Below, in pieces: positions 20,848 to 29,088 of a DNA stretch of 64,000 nt. Within the stretch, counting starts at the first letter, position 1, and each line of letters starts with the position of its first letter. A model generated the notes under the pieces. The model had not been told where the DNA came from, ran no database searches, and saw only the letters and a list, made by a program, of their open reading frames with translations. The stretch spans positions 146 to 64,145 of the forward strand of contig JBQCDV010000207.1 in assembly GCA_051960855.1 (NCBI GenBank), read 5' to 3'. Source of the stretch: Actinomycetales bacterium. GTDB taxonomy: Bacteria; Actinomycetota; Actinomycetes; JAJZTN01. Position numbers and translations under genes: made by a program.

Positions 20848-21438
20848 ATGGAGGACGTGACACCCACCGAACCCACCTCAGACCCGTCCCCTCCGGCGCC
20901 CCGGATGTCCCTCCCGTTGGAGGCGGCGCTGCGCGACATCGAGAACGACGCTGTCGAGCGTGGCTGGGACGTCCCTCCCCGACTGTTCGCCCTCGTCGCG
21001 ACCAGCGACCTGCTCGCTCGCGAGCCGGCGCTCGCCGCCTCCCTGGACATCGATGCCATCACCGGGGCTGGCTCGCTGACTCCTGTCGAGCAGGAAGACC
21101 TGCCGCCGGGCCACTCGCTCGAGGAGTCCCTCGAGCGGATCGCGTGGCCGCCGGAGGTGCTGGGAGCGGCGGTGGTGGTGGAGCGCCTGATGGTGCCGGC
21201 CGCCGCCGAGGGCGCGATGCCCCAGGTGGGGTCGGAGGCACTCGAGTGGCTCTCGCAGCATCCCGACCGCCAGGACGTGCGACTGTGCGTGGCCGTGCTG
21301 CGCGATGGGTCGGCCAGCTGCGCCGTTCGGCTGCGCAGCCACGACGAGGACGCCTCCGTCCTGTGGGGACCCCGGCTCGTCCCGAGCCTCGTCGACGCGC
21401 TGGCCGCCACACTGGAGGCGCCCAGCGACGAGGGCTAG
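20848..21438 (+). CDS. Conserved hypothetical protein (possibly PPA1309 family)
   Basis: The frame has strong high-GC third-position bias. Its stop is convergent with, and overlaps, the PDZ gene stop. No motif was recognised. Confidence 0.5.
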   Translation: MEDVTPTEPTSDPSPPAPRMSLPLEAALRDIENDAVERGWDVPPRLFALVATSDLLAREPALAASLDIDAITGAGSLTPVEQEDLPPGHSLEESLERIAWPPEVLGAAVVVERLMVPAAAEGAMPQVGSEALEWLSQHPDRQDVRLCVAVLRDGSASCAVRLRSHDEDASVLWGPRLVPSLVDALAATLEAPSDEG

Positions 21439-22487
21439 GAGCACCTCGGGAGGGCGCCCTTGCCCGTGCGGATCGTCTCAACGGCTGCGAGGGCGCTGTC
21501 CAGCGAGGTCACCTTGACCAGCGTCAGGCCGGACGGCACGGCAGGCACAGCGGCGGCGCAGTCCCCGGCCGGTGCCAGGAACCACTTCGCCCCGGCGGCT
21601 CGCGCCCCGAGCATCTTCTGCTGGATGCCTCCGATGGGACCGACAGCGCCGTTCGGGGCGATGGTGCCCGTTCCTGCGATCTTGCGTCCGCCGGTGAGGT
21701 CTCCCGGCGTGAGCAGGTCGACGATGCCGAGGGTGAACATCAGGCCTGCGCTGGGGCCACCGATGTCGCCCGGGTCGATCGAGACCTCGAACGGGAAGTT
21801 GTAGTGGGCGTCGGGCACGAAGCCGACCACGGCAACGCCGTTCTGGTTGGCGGTCGTGAGCGAGATCGTCTGCGTGGAGCCCTTCCGGCGGATGGTGAAC
21901 GAGACCCGCTCGCCGGGCTGGTGCTTGCGCACCGCTGCGACCACGTCCTCCGGCGTCTTCACAGGAGTGCCGTCCACCTCCGCGATGACGTCGCCGGGCC
22001 GCAGCTGGCCGTCGGCAGGAGAGCCCTGGACGACCTCCGACACGACGACCGTGCCACCGAACGGGATTCCCAGATGCTGTAGCGCCGCGACGGTGGCCGC
22101 CTCCTGCGACGAGGTCATCTCCTGCGTGTTCTGCCGTTCGACCTCGGACTGGGTCGACGACGGCGGATAGACCTCGTCCTGAGGGACGACCGCGGTGCTC
22201 GAGTCCAACCACCCGTGGAGCGCGGCGAGCAGCGACACGCGCTGACCGGGCCCACCGGAGACATAGACGGTGACGAGGTCGAGGGCGCCGCTGGCGGGAT
22301 AGGTCCGCTTGCCCTTGATCGCGATCAGCGGGCGGCCGTCATGCGTGCCCAGAGTGTTCTCGACCGGACCCGGCGACAGCAGCACGTAGGGCACGGGCAG
22401 GACCGCGGCGAGCACCGCGAGCACAAGCACGACGACGCCGGTCACCCCCAGGGCACGTCGTCGCTGCCGTCCGACGGCACCTGTCAC
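21435..22487 (-). CDS. PDZ domain-containing Lon-like (S16) protease, YlbL family
   Basis: N-terminal transmembrane helix, then a PDZ domain (PGDVIAEVDGTPV), then a Lon C-terminal proteolytic-like domain (DIGGPSAGLMFTLGIVDLL). The start is set at GTG 22487 because it overlaps the upstream small-ORF stop (GTGA). Confidence 0.75.
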   Translation of the reverse strand: MTGAVGRQRRRALGVTGVVVLVLAVLAAVLPVPYVLLSPGPVENTLGTHDGRPLIAIKGKRTYPASGALDLVTVYVSGGPGQRVSLLAALHGWLDSSTAVVPQDEVYPPSSTQSEVERQNTQEMTSSQEAATVAALQHLGIPFGGTVVVSEVVQGSPADGQLRPGDVIAEVDGTPVKTPEDVVAAVRKHQPGERVSFTIRRKGSTQTISLTTANQNGVAVVGFVPDAHYNFPFEVSIDPGDIGGPSAGLMFTLGIVDLLTPGDLTGGRKIAGTGTIAPNGAVGPIGGIQQKMLGARAAGAKWFLAPAGDCAAAVPAVPSGLTLVKVTSLDSALAAVETIRTGKGALPRCS

Positions 22488-22705
22488 CGGTCTTCCTCCC
22501 GCTGCTGAGGGCGTCTGCCCTGTCCTCGCCGCTGCCACCATGGACGGCGCGAGGGGCGTGGCTCGAGCGCCGCCTTGAACCGCTCGTAGCTCTCCAGGGA
22601 CTCGTGCAGGTCCTCGGGAGGCCGCGGGCGGCTGACCCAAAAGACCCAGACGAGCGCGAGGACGGTCGCGACCAGGGGGATCGTCCACCAGACGATGACC
22701 TCCAT
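22484..22705 (-). CDS. Small membrane protein (hypothetical)
   Basis: 73 aa with an N-terminal transmembrane helix (MEVIVWWTIPLVATVLALVWVFWV). Its stop is translationally coupled (GTGA) to the PDZ protease start. Confidence 0.5.
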   Translation of the reverse strand: MEVIVWWTIPLVATVLALVWVFWVSRPRPPEDLHESLESYERFKAALEPRPSRRPWWQRRGQGRRPQQREEDR

Positions 22706-22775
22706 GCCCGCCCTTCAGCCCGCCCTTCAGCCCGCCACGACACCCGACCACCCACCGCGCCACCCGGCGCTGCCA

Positions 22776-23375
22776 TCACTCCAACGCCCCGACCCACTCC
22801 TGCGTGCCGTCGGCGAACGCCTGATGCTTCCAGATCGGGACCCGTGCCTTGAGCCGGTCGATGACCGCCCGGGCCGCCTCGAACGCCTGAGCCCGGTGCA
22901 CGGCACTCGCGCCGACCACGGTGGCGAGGTCGCCGATCTGCAGCAGGCCAACCCGGTGGGTGGCAGCAACGGCCACGACGTCGAAGTCCGCGGCCACGCC
23001 CTCGAGCACCTCGCGCAGCGTTTCCTCGGCCCGCGGGTGCGCCTCGTACTCCAGCTGGTCGACGTCCTTGCCCGAGTCGCGGTCCCGCACGACACCCAGG
23101 AAGAGCACCACACCCCCGGCGGTGCGGTCGGAGACGGCGGCAAGCACCTCGTCGAGTGAAAGGTCGGTGTCCCGCACGGCGCAGAGCGAGACCCGCCCCG
23201 AACGGCGCGGCTCGCCCACCCCGGACGCCGACTCCTCGCCCACGTTGCCCTCCCAGTTCTGCCCGTTCCCGCTCTGCCCGTTCGTGCTCTGCCCGTTCCC
23301 GCTCTGCCCGTTCGTGCTCTGCCCGTTCGTGCTCTGCCCGTTCGTGCTCTGCCCGGTGCCGGACACGCTCCTCAC
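22776..23375 (-). CDS. moaE: Molybdopterin synthase catalytic subunit MoaE, with N-terminal (GQSTN)n repeat extension
   Basis: MoaE core is recognisable: VRDRDSGKDVDQLEYEAH...HRVGLLQIGDLATVVGASAVHRAQAFEAARAVIDRLKARVPIWKHQ. The GTG start at 23375 overlaps the upstream gene stop (GTGA), which supports a coding repeat. Confidence 0.8.
   Translation of the reverse strand: MRSVSGTGQSTNGQSTNGQSTNGQSGNGQSTNGQSGNGQNWEGNVGEESASGVGEPRRSGRVSLCAVRDTDLSLDEVLAAVSDRTAGGVVLFLGVVRDRDSGKDVDQLEYEAHPRAEETLREVLEGVAADFDVVAVAATHRVGLLQIGDLATVVGASAVHRAQAFEAARAVIDRLKARVPIWKHQAFADGTQEWVGALE
23265..23354 (-). repeat. 6 tandem in-frame 15-bp repeats (GTTCSYGCTCTGCCC) encoding (GQST/GN)6 at the MoaE N-terminus
   Basis: Direct reading of 23261-23354. 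Confidence 0.9.
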
Positions 23376-24445
23376 CGCAGTCTTCTGGCTCGCCGCGTCC
23401 GACGCACGATGGCGGCGGTGCCGAGCACAGCGACTGCCGCCCCCGCGGCGCCGAGGGTGGTCGCATCTCGGCGGCCCACTCGTCTACCTGCGACCGCGTG
23501 GCGGCCTTCGACCTCGGCGAGCAGCAGGCGCAGGCAGGCCTGGTTGTCCCGCTCCGGGCGCCAGCCGGCCGCCCGCAGCGCGGCGCAGTCCACGACCCAG
23601 GGGGACACGACGAAGGCCAGGTCGGTCGCAGCCGTCGGCAGCACCCCGACGCGGTGCAGGCGCTCGGCGGTGGCGAAGGCAAGGGCCGGAGACAGCTCGA
23701 CCGAGCGCATGCCGGACACGCGCTCGACGTCGGCCTGCTCCAGCCAGCCGTCGCAGCCGACGGCGACGTGGCCCGTCACCGTCCCGAGGGCGGCGAGCTC
23801 GAGAGCGCTGGCGAGGTCGTCGACATGGCAGAACTGCCACCGCTGGTCCACCCCTCGCAGCCGGACCAGCCGCGGCGCCTCGAAGTGCCGGGGCACGACA
23901 CCGTCCACTCCCGGCCCGACGAGGGCGGCGGGTCGCACGACGGTGATGGACAGGCCGGGGTGGATCTCTGGGCCGCGAGCTGCGAGCCGCTCCACCTCGA
24001 CCAGGTCGCCGACGAAGGACTCGTCCGCGGGCGCCCGCAGCGGAGCGTCCTCAGCCAGCGGAACGGCGTTGTCTGCCCGCGCGCCGTAGACCATGGCCGA
24101 GGTGACGAGCACCAGGCGCGGCACCCGGGCCGCCGCGGCGCACGTGATGACGGTCTGGGCGGCCCGCACGGTCGCCGCCCGGCGTTCCTCGATCCCGGCA
24201 TCCGGCTGCTCGGGGCCGACCACGTGCACGAGGACATCCAGTCGCTGCAGTTTCGCGGCGAGGGAGGGGTCCAGCACGTCGGCCACGCGCCAGGTGACCC
24301 CGGTGAGCGATCCCCGCTGGCTGTCCAGCGCGACGACCTGGACGTCGGGACGGGGCGCCAGCCGCTGGGCGAGTAGCGAGGGGACCAGCTGGGTGGCGCC
24401 GGTGATGCCGACCGTCGTTCGCCGCGAGCGGAGCCGGGAACTCAT
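23372..24445 (-). CDS. NAD-dependent epimerase/dehydratase family protein (atypical SDR)
   Basis: The N-terminus (VGITGATQLVPSLLAQRL) and the overall length fit an extended or atypical SDR fold. The start is taken at internal ATG 24445. Confidence 0.65.
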   Translation of the reverse strand: MSSRLRSRRTTVGITGATQLVPSLLAQRLAPRPDVQVVALDSQRGSLTGVTWRVADVLDPSLAAKLQRLDVLVHVVGPEQPDAGIEERRAATVRAAQTVITCAAAARVPRLVLVTSAMVYGARADNAVPLAEDAPLRAPADESFVGDLVEVERLAARGPEIHPGLSITVVRPAALVGPGVDGVVPRHFEAPRLVRLRGVDQRWQFCHVDDLASALELAALGTVTGHVAVGCDGWLEQADVERVSGMRSVELSPALAFATAERLHRVGVLPTAATDLAFVVSPWVVDCAALRAAGWRPERDNQACLRLLLAEVEGRHAVAGRRVGRRDATTLGAAGAAVAVLGTAAIVRRTRRARRLR

Positions 24446-24579
24446 CGGCGCCACGACCCGGTTACCGTGGGCAGAGCGAAGGCGGTCGCTTGGCGCGGGC
24501 ACTGCGCGCTGTGCTGCCCGTCGACGTCCGCCCCACCGATCACCGCCCCATCCTTCCACTGGACCCCCGAGGTGTTGTC

Positions 24580-25920
24580 GTGAGCAACCTGCCTTTCGGC
24601 TTCGGAGTCGGCGACGACGACGAGCGGCGCCGGTCGGGAGACGAGAGCGGCCACCCGTTCGGCGGCATGCTCGGCGGCTTCGGGATGGGCGGCGGCGACC
24701 TTGGCGCGGCGCTGCAGCACATCGGTCGGCTCTTGCAGTGGCAGGGCGGCCCCGTCAACTGGGACCTGGCGCGGGACGTGGCGCGGCAGCTGGCCGTCAA
24801 GGACGGCGACCCCAGCGTGAGCGCTGCCGAGCGGCGCGACGTCGAGGAGGCGCTGCGGCTGGCCGACCTGTGGCTGGACCAGGTGACCGACTTCCCCGCC
24901 GTCTCCTACGCACCGGTGGCGTGGTCGCGCTCGGAGTGGGTCGAGGGGACCGCCGGTGGCTGGTCCGCCCTCGTCGAGCCGGTCGCCGAGCGCGTCGTCG
25001 ACAGCGTCGGTTCCTCGATGCAGTCGCAGGTGCCGCCGGAGATGGCGGCCATGGTCGGGCAGCTGTCCGGGATGATGCGACAGGTCGGCGGCGCGATGTT
25101 CGGCGCGCAGGTCGGCCAGGCGATCGGACAGCTCTCCACCGAGGTGACCTCGTCGACCGACGTGGGACTCCCCCTCGCGCAGGGCCGCCTGGTGCTGGTG
25201 CCCTCGGGCGTGCGCGCCTTCGGGGACGGCCTGGGACTGTCCGAGAACGACGTCCGCGTCTACCTCGCACTGCGCGAGGTGGCCCACCAGCGTCTGCACG
25301 CCCGGGCCCCCTGGCTGCGGTCGCGCATCGTCGCAGCCGTCGAGGAGTACGCCCGCGGCATCGTCATCGACCCCTCCCGTCTCGAGTCGGCGATGGGCGG
25401 GATCGACCCGGCGTCCCTGCAGAGCATGGACCCCGAGAGCATGCAGTCGCTGACCGAAAGCCTGTTCACCCACGAGGACACTCCGGCGCAGGAGGCCGTC
25501 CTCGCCCGCCTCGAGACGCTGCTGGCGCTGATCGAGGGCTGGGTCGACCTCGTCGTCCACCAGGCCGCGTCCGCCCACCTGCCCAGCGCCGAGCAGCTGC
25601 GGGAGACGATGCGCCGCCGTCGGGCGCTCGGTGGGCCGGCCGAGGCGACGTTCGCCGCCCTCGTCGGACTCAAGCTGCGACCGCGTCGGCTGCGCGACGC
25701 CGCCACGCTGTGGGCGACGCTCGAGGAGCTGCGTGGCGTCAGCGGCCGCGACGAGGTCTGGTCACACCCGGACCTGCTTCCCAGCGCCGACGACCTCGAC
25801 GACCCGCAGGGCTACGCCGCGCGGTCGACCGACGAGGCCATGGACGCCTTCGACCTGTCGGCACTCGAGGACTCCTCGGAGCCAGAGCCGCCGGCAGACG
25901 AGACGGGTTCCTCGCACTGA
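24580..25920 (+). CDS. Zincin-like metallopeptidase family protein (DUF2342-like)
   Basis: Conserved actinobacterial protein of about 445 aa with a putative GTG start (VSNLPFGFG). The family assignment is from overall resemblance, and no HExxH was confirmed. Confidence 0.55.
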   Translation: MSNLPFGFGVGDDDERRRSGDESGHPFGGMLGGFGMGGGDLGAALQHIGRLLQWQGGPVNWDLARDVARQLAVKDGDPSVSAAERRDVEEALRLADLWLDQVTDFPAVSYAPVAWSRSEWVEGTAGGWSALVEPVAERVVDSVGSSMQSQVPPEMAAMVGQLSGMMRQVGGAMFGAQVGQAIGQLSTEVTSSTDVGLPLAQGRLVLVPSGVRAFGDGLGLSENDVRVYLALREVAHQRLHARAPWLRSRIVAAVEEYARGIVIDPSRLESAMGGIDPASLQSMDPESMQSLTESLFTHEDTPAQEAVLARLETLLALIEGWVDLVVHQAASAHLPSAEQLRETMRRRRALGGPAEATFAALVGLKLRPRRLRDAATLWATLEELRGVSGRDEVWSHPDLLPSADDLDDPQGYAARSTDEAMDAFDLSALEDSSEPEPPADETGSSH

Positions 25921-25967
25921 GCGGGCGAGAGCGCCAGCGCCTCGCCGCCGCCCGCGTCCTGCAGGCG

Positions 25968-26480
25968 ATGCCGCTGCCAGACGCCGAGCAGCGGGCCCTT
26001 CGAGCCGAGTTCCTGTCCGTCCTCGCGGCCCAGCCGCTCGCGACGAGCCGCGAGGGCGCACCCGGCCATGTCACCGCGAGTGCCGCTGTCCTCGACGCCG
26101 CCGGCGCTCGCACTGCGCTCGTGCACCACCGGCGGCTGGGACTCTGGGTGCAGCCCGGCGGCCATCTCGAGGCCGACGACGGCGACCTGGGCGCGGGCGC
26201 CGTTCGGGAAGTGCGCGAGGAGCTCGGGCTGACCGGCCATCTCGACCCGCTGCCGATCCTGCTCAGCAAGCACCCGGCGCCCTGCCGTCCGGAGGTGGAC
26301 TGGCATCTCGACGTGCAGCACCTCGTCGTGGCATCAGAGACCGAGCTGCGGCTGTCGGAGGAGTCGAACGCCGTGCGCTGGTGGCCCATCGAGGGGCTGC
26401 CCGACCAACTGGCACCCGGCGTCGACCTCCTCGTCCGCGCCGCGGTGCAGCGGTGGCACGAGCGGTCAGTCGTCGCCTGA
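25968..26480 (+). CDS. NUDIX hydrolase
   Basis: A Nudix box is present: GGHLEADDGDLGAGAVREVREELGL. Confidence 0.7.
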   Translation: MPLPDAEQRALRAEFLSVLAAQPLATSREGAPGHVTASAAVLDAAGARTALVHHRRLGLWVQPGGHLEADDGDLGAGAVREVREELGLTGHLDPLPILLSKHPAPCRPEVDWHLDVQHLVVASETELRLSEESNAVRWWPIEGLPDQLAPGVDLLVRAAVQRWHERSVVA

Positions 26481-27023
26481 CCCCTCGTCTCCGGTGGGCT
26501 CGGGAGCCCCCTCGGCGTGGGCGATGCCATCGAGGAAGCCGCGGGCCCGCTCCGCCCGCGGATAGTTCGCCACGAGGCGCCAGAAGTCCTGTGTGTGGCC
26601 CGGCACAAGCAGATGCGCCAGCTCATGCACGATCACGTAGTCCAAGACCCACGAGGGCACGCCCTGCAGCCGCGCCGAGAGCCGGATCGAGCGGTCCGAG
26701 GGAGTGCACGATCCCCAACGCCCGCGCTGTCGCTCCGACCAGGCGACCGAGGCCGGCTGCGCCCGCCCCCGCAGATAGCGGCGCGAGAGCTCCTCGGCTC
26801 GGCTGAGCAGGTCGGCATCACTCGGCCGGCGCTTGGCCTCAGCAGCATGCAGGCGGGCGAGCATCTCGTCGACCCAGCGGCGCTCCTCGGCCGCTCCGAG
26901 CCGCGCAGGCAGCAGGACCACAATCTGGTCGCCCTCGCGGTGCGCGGACACGGTGCGACGGCGCCGCGCGCTGCGGCGCACGACGACCTCCAGCCCCGTG
27001 TCGGGGTCGCGCAGCGCCGACAT
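26466..27023 (-). CDS. M48-family/YgjP-like metal-dependent hydrolase (DUF45)
   Basis: An HExxH motif (VIVHELAHLLVPGH) lies near the C-terminus of a roughly 185 aa protein, which is typical of YgjP/DUF45. Confidence 0.7.
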   Translation of the reverse strand: MSALRDPDTGLEVVVRRSARRRRTVSAHREGDQIVVLLPARLGAAEERRWVDEMLARLHAAEAKRRPSDADLLSRAEELSRRYLRGRAQPASVAWSERQRGRWGSCTPSDRSIRLSARLQGVPSWVLDYVIVHELAHLLVPGHTQDFWRLVANYPRAERARGFLDGIAHAEGAPEPTGDEGSGDD

Positions 27024-27377
27024 GATCCGACGGTACTGCCCGACGGACCCGCTGCACGGATATCCAGCCTCAGAGATTTCTGTCGTCCACATCCCGCTGC
27101 CCGCGTCAGCGCAGGTCAGGGCGGGAGGCGGGCCACGAATCCCCTGGCCTCCACAGCGGCGTGCACAGGGCCATCGACAGGTTCCCGCCGGACACGCCGC
27201 AGGCGTTCACACGCCGTCCCCAACCTTGTCCACAGGTGGGGATGAGAGTTTTCGCGAAGCCGTTGACGCAGCGCCAGCAACAGCCATAGCGTCGCCTCCC
27301 GACGAAGCCCCCGGATAACCGGCCGGGCGCCCGCAGGGGAAGGCGGGCGACCGGACGTGCGCCCCGGGGGCTTCGAT

Positions 27378-27472
27378 GTCTGCCGACCCGCCTGTCCGCC
27401 GACTCAGCCTGTCTGCCGACCCCGCCTGTCTGCCGACCCCGCCTGTCTCCCGCCCCCGCCTGTCTCCCGCCG
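27378..27472. repeat. About 5 imperfect tandem copies of a 16-17-bp unit CCGCCTGTCTGCCGAC(C) in the intergenic region upstream of the DUF5679 gene
   Basis: Direct reading of 27361-27480. The encoded peptide in any frame is implausible (Cys/Pro/Arg-rich), so this is taken as non-coding. Confidence 0.8.
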
Positions 27473-27644
27473 GCGGCTGCACACGCCGCGCGCGCCGCGA
27501 TGCACTGCCGTGCTCGCCGTCTGCCGTAGGGTGACCTCCGATCGCACGGGTGACGGCGTCCCAGCTGGAGAAGCTGACAGCCGCACCCTGACCGGCAGGA
27601 CCGGCCGATGGACCGGCTCAGACGTGACAACAAGGAGGGCCGAG

Positions 27645-27800
27645 ATGGCCGAGACCTACAAGGGCGACGCGTACTGCGTGAAGTGCAAGGAGAAGCGGGA
27701 GTTCGAGGGCAACGTCGAGGTGACCAACGGTCGTCGCATGGCCAAGGGCACCTGCCCCGTCTGCGGCACCAAGCTCAACCGCATCCTCGGCAAGGCCTGA
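27645..27800 (+). CDS. Small zinc-ribbon protein (DUF5679-like)
   Basis: 51 aa, with CxxC...CxxC (YCVKCKEKREF...CPVCGTK). The ribosome-binding site AAGGAGGG sits 6 nt upstream of the ATG. Confidence 0.6.
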   Translation: MAETYKGDAYCVKCKEKREFEGNVEVTNGRRMAKGTCPVCGTKLNRILGKA

Positions 27801-27885
27801 CGCCGCCGACTACCTGCCCGCCTGCCGGCGTTCGCCGCGGCAGTGCGACAGTGCGGCTGTACGGCAGTGCGGCAGCTGCTCATCC

Positions 27886-27913
27886 GTGGGGAGAGGCACC
27901 AGCCTCTCCCCAC
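27886..27913 (+). terminator. Perfect 12-bp stem-loop (GTGGGGAGAGGC-ACCA-GCCTCTCCCCAC) downstream of the DUF5679 gene. It may be an intrinsic terminator without a U-tract
   Basis: Direct reading. There is no U-tract, as is common in actinobacteria. Confidence 0.4.
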
Positions 27914-28044
27914 GCGCATGTTCCGCTCGCCTGCCGACGTCCACCTCCCGGAGCTGGTAGGCGCCCCGACCCGAACGTCGCTGCCCCTGCCGCGCCTGTG
28001 GAGAACCAGCGGGGCCACTGCCGCTGCTTTGACACGCTGGGCCG

Positions 28045-29088
28045 GTGACGGCACAGACGGCGACAGGACACATCCCGGCGAGCCCGGCAGCAGGTCCTGA
28101 TCGACCGAGGGTCCGCCTGCGTCGGGGACTGCGGGTGGTCGAGCGCGGCGAGGACGTCGTCGAGCTCGGTTCTGGACCCGGCGCCGTCGTGCTGCGCGGC
28201 CTCACCGCCGAGCAGCGGCAGGTGCTGCGAAGCCTCGAGCTGTCGGCTCTCACCCCCGACGAGATCAGTCGCCCGCTGTGGGCGCTCCTCGACGACGCCG
28301 ACCTGCTCGAGGACGCGGGGATGGTCGCGCGTCAGCTCGCTGAGCTGCCGCTGTCCGCCGCCGAGAGAGCTCAGCTCGGTCCCGACCTGGTGGCCGCCGG
28401 CCTGACCTCCACTCCCGCCGACGGCGGGGTGTCGGTCATACGGGCCCGCCGCGCCGCGGTCATCGAGATCCGGGGGCTGGGCCGCGTCGGCGCCGTCCTG
28501 GCCAACCTGCTGCGAGGGTCAGGGGTGGGCACCGTCCGAGGAGCCGACGACGACGTCGTGACCAACACCGACGTCGCCCCCGGTGGCCACCAGGACAGCG
28601 ACGTTGGAGAGGGGCGGCTGCGGCTGCTCCAGCCCGCAGTGGGTTCCCCCTCGCCTCACCTCGTCGTCGTCGTCGAGGACGGCGCCTCGCGTCGACTGGC
28701 GTGCGAGGAACTCGTCCGCGCCAGCCAACCCCACCTGATCGTGTCCGCGTCGCTGCTCTCGGCCGTCGTCGGTCCTCTCGTGCTTCCCGGCGCCACCGCG
28801 TGCCGCCGCTGCGTCGACTGCGCTCGCGGCGACCGCGACCGCGAGTGGGCTGCTGTCGCGGCCTCGGAGGAACGACTGGCGCCCTCGCCGCCGCCCGTCC
28901 TGCTGGCCGTGGCAGCCGCGGCGGTGGCGGCCGGGGAGGTCCTGGCGTGGGTCGAGGGGCGGACCTGCCCGAGCGTCAACGCCACCCTCGAACTCGGCCC
29001 GACGCTGCTCGCCGCCCGCAGGAGCTGGACGACTCACCCCCGCTGCGGCTGCCGATGGTCCGTAGCGGAGGGACAATGGACCGTGTGA
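28045..29088 (+). CDS. ThiF/E1-like domain protein (hypothetical)
   Basis: Rossmann-like RGLGRVGAVLANLLRGSGVGTV and a downstream CRRCVDC...CGC cysteine cluster. The assignment is weak. Confidence 0.45.
   Translation: MTAQTATGHIPASPAAGPDRPRVRLRRGLRVVERGEDVVELGSGPGAVVLRGLTAEQRQVLRSLELSALTPDEISRPLWALLDDADLLEDAGMVARQLAELPLSAAERAQLGPDLVAAGLTSTPADGGVSVIRARRAAVIEIRGLGRVGAVLANLLRGSGVGTVRGADDDVVTNTDVAPGGHQDSDVGEGRLRLLQPAVGSPSPHLVVVVEDGASRRLACEELVRASQPHLIVSASLLSAVVGPLVLPGATACRRCVDCARGDRDREWAAVAASEERLAPSPPPVLLAVAAAAVAAGEVLAWVEGRTCPSVNATLELGPTLLAARRSWTTHPRCGCRWSVAEGQWTV

Noticed and set aside
18327-22082. 1251-aa plus-strand ORF
   Set aside because: It is antisense to the UPF0182 and PDZ genes. Its composition is Arg/Gly/Asp-rich, as expected for the reverse strand of a GC-rich gene, and it has no recognisable domain.
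24093-26480. 795-aa ORF
   Set aside because: Only the last 170 aa (NUDIX, from ATG 25968) are credible. The rest overlaps the epimerase gene and the zincin gene in other frames.
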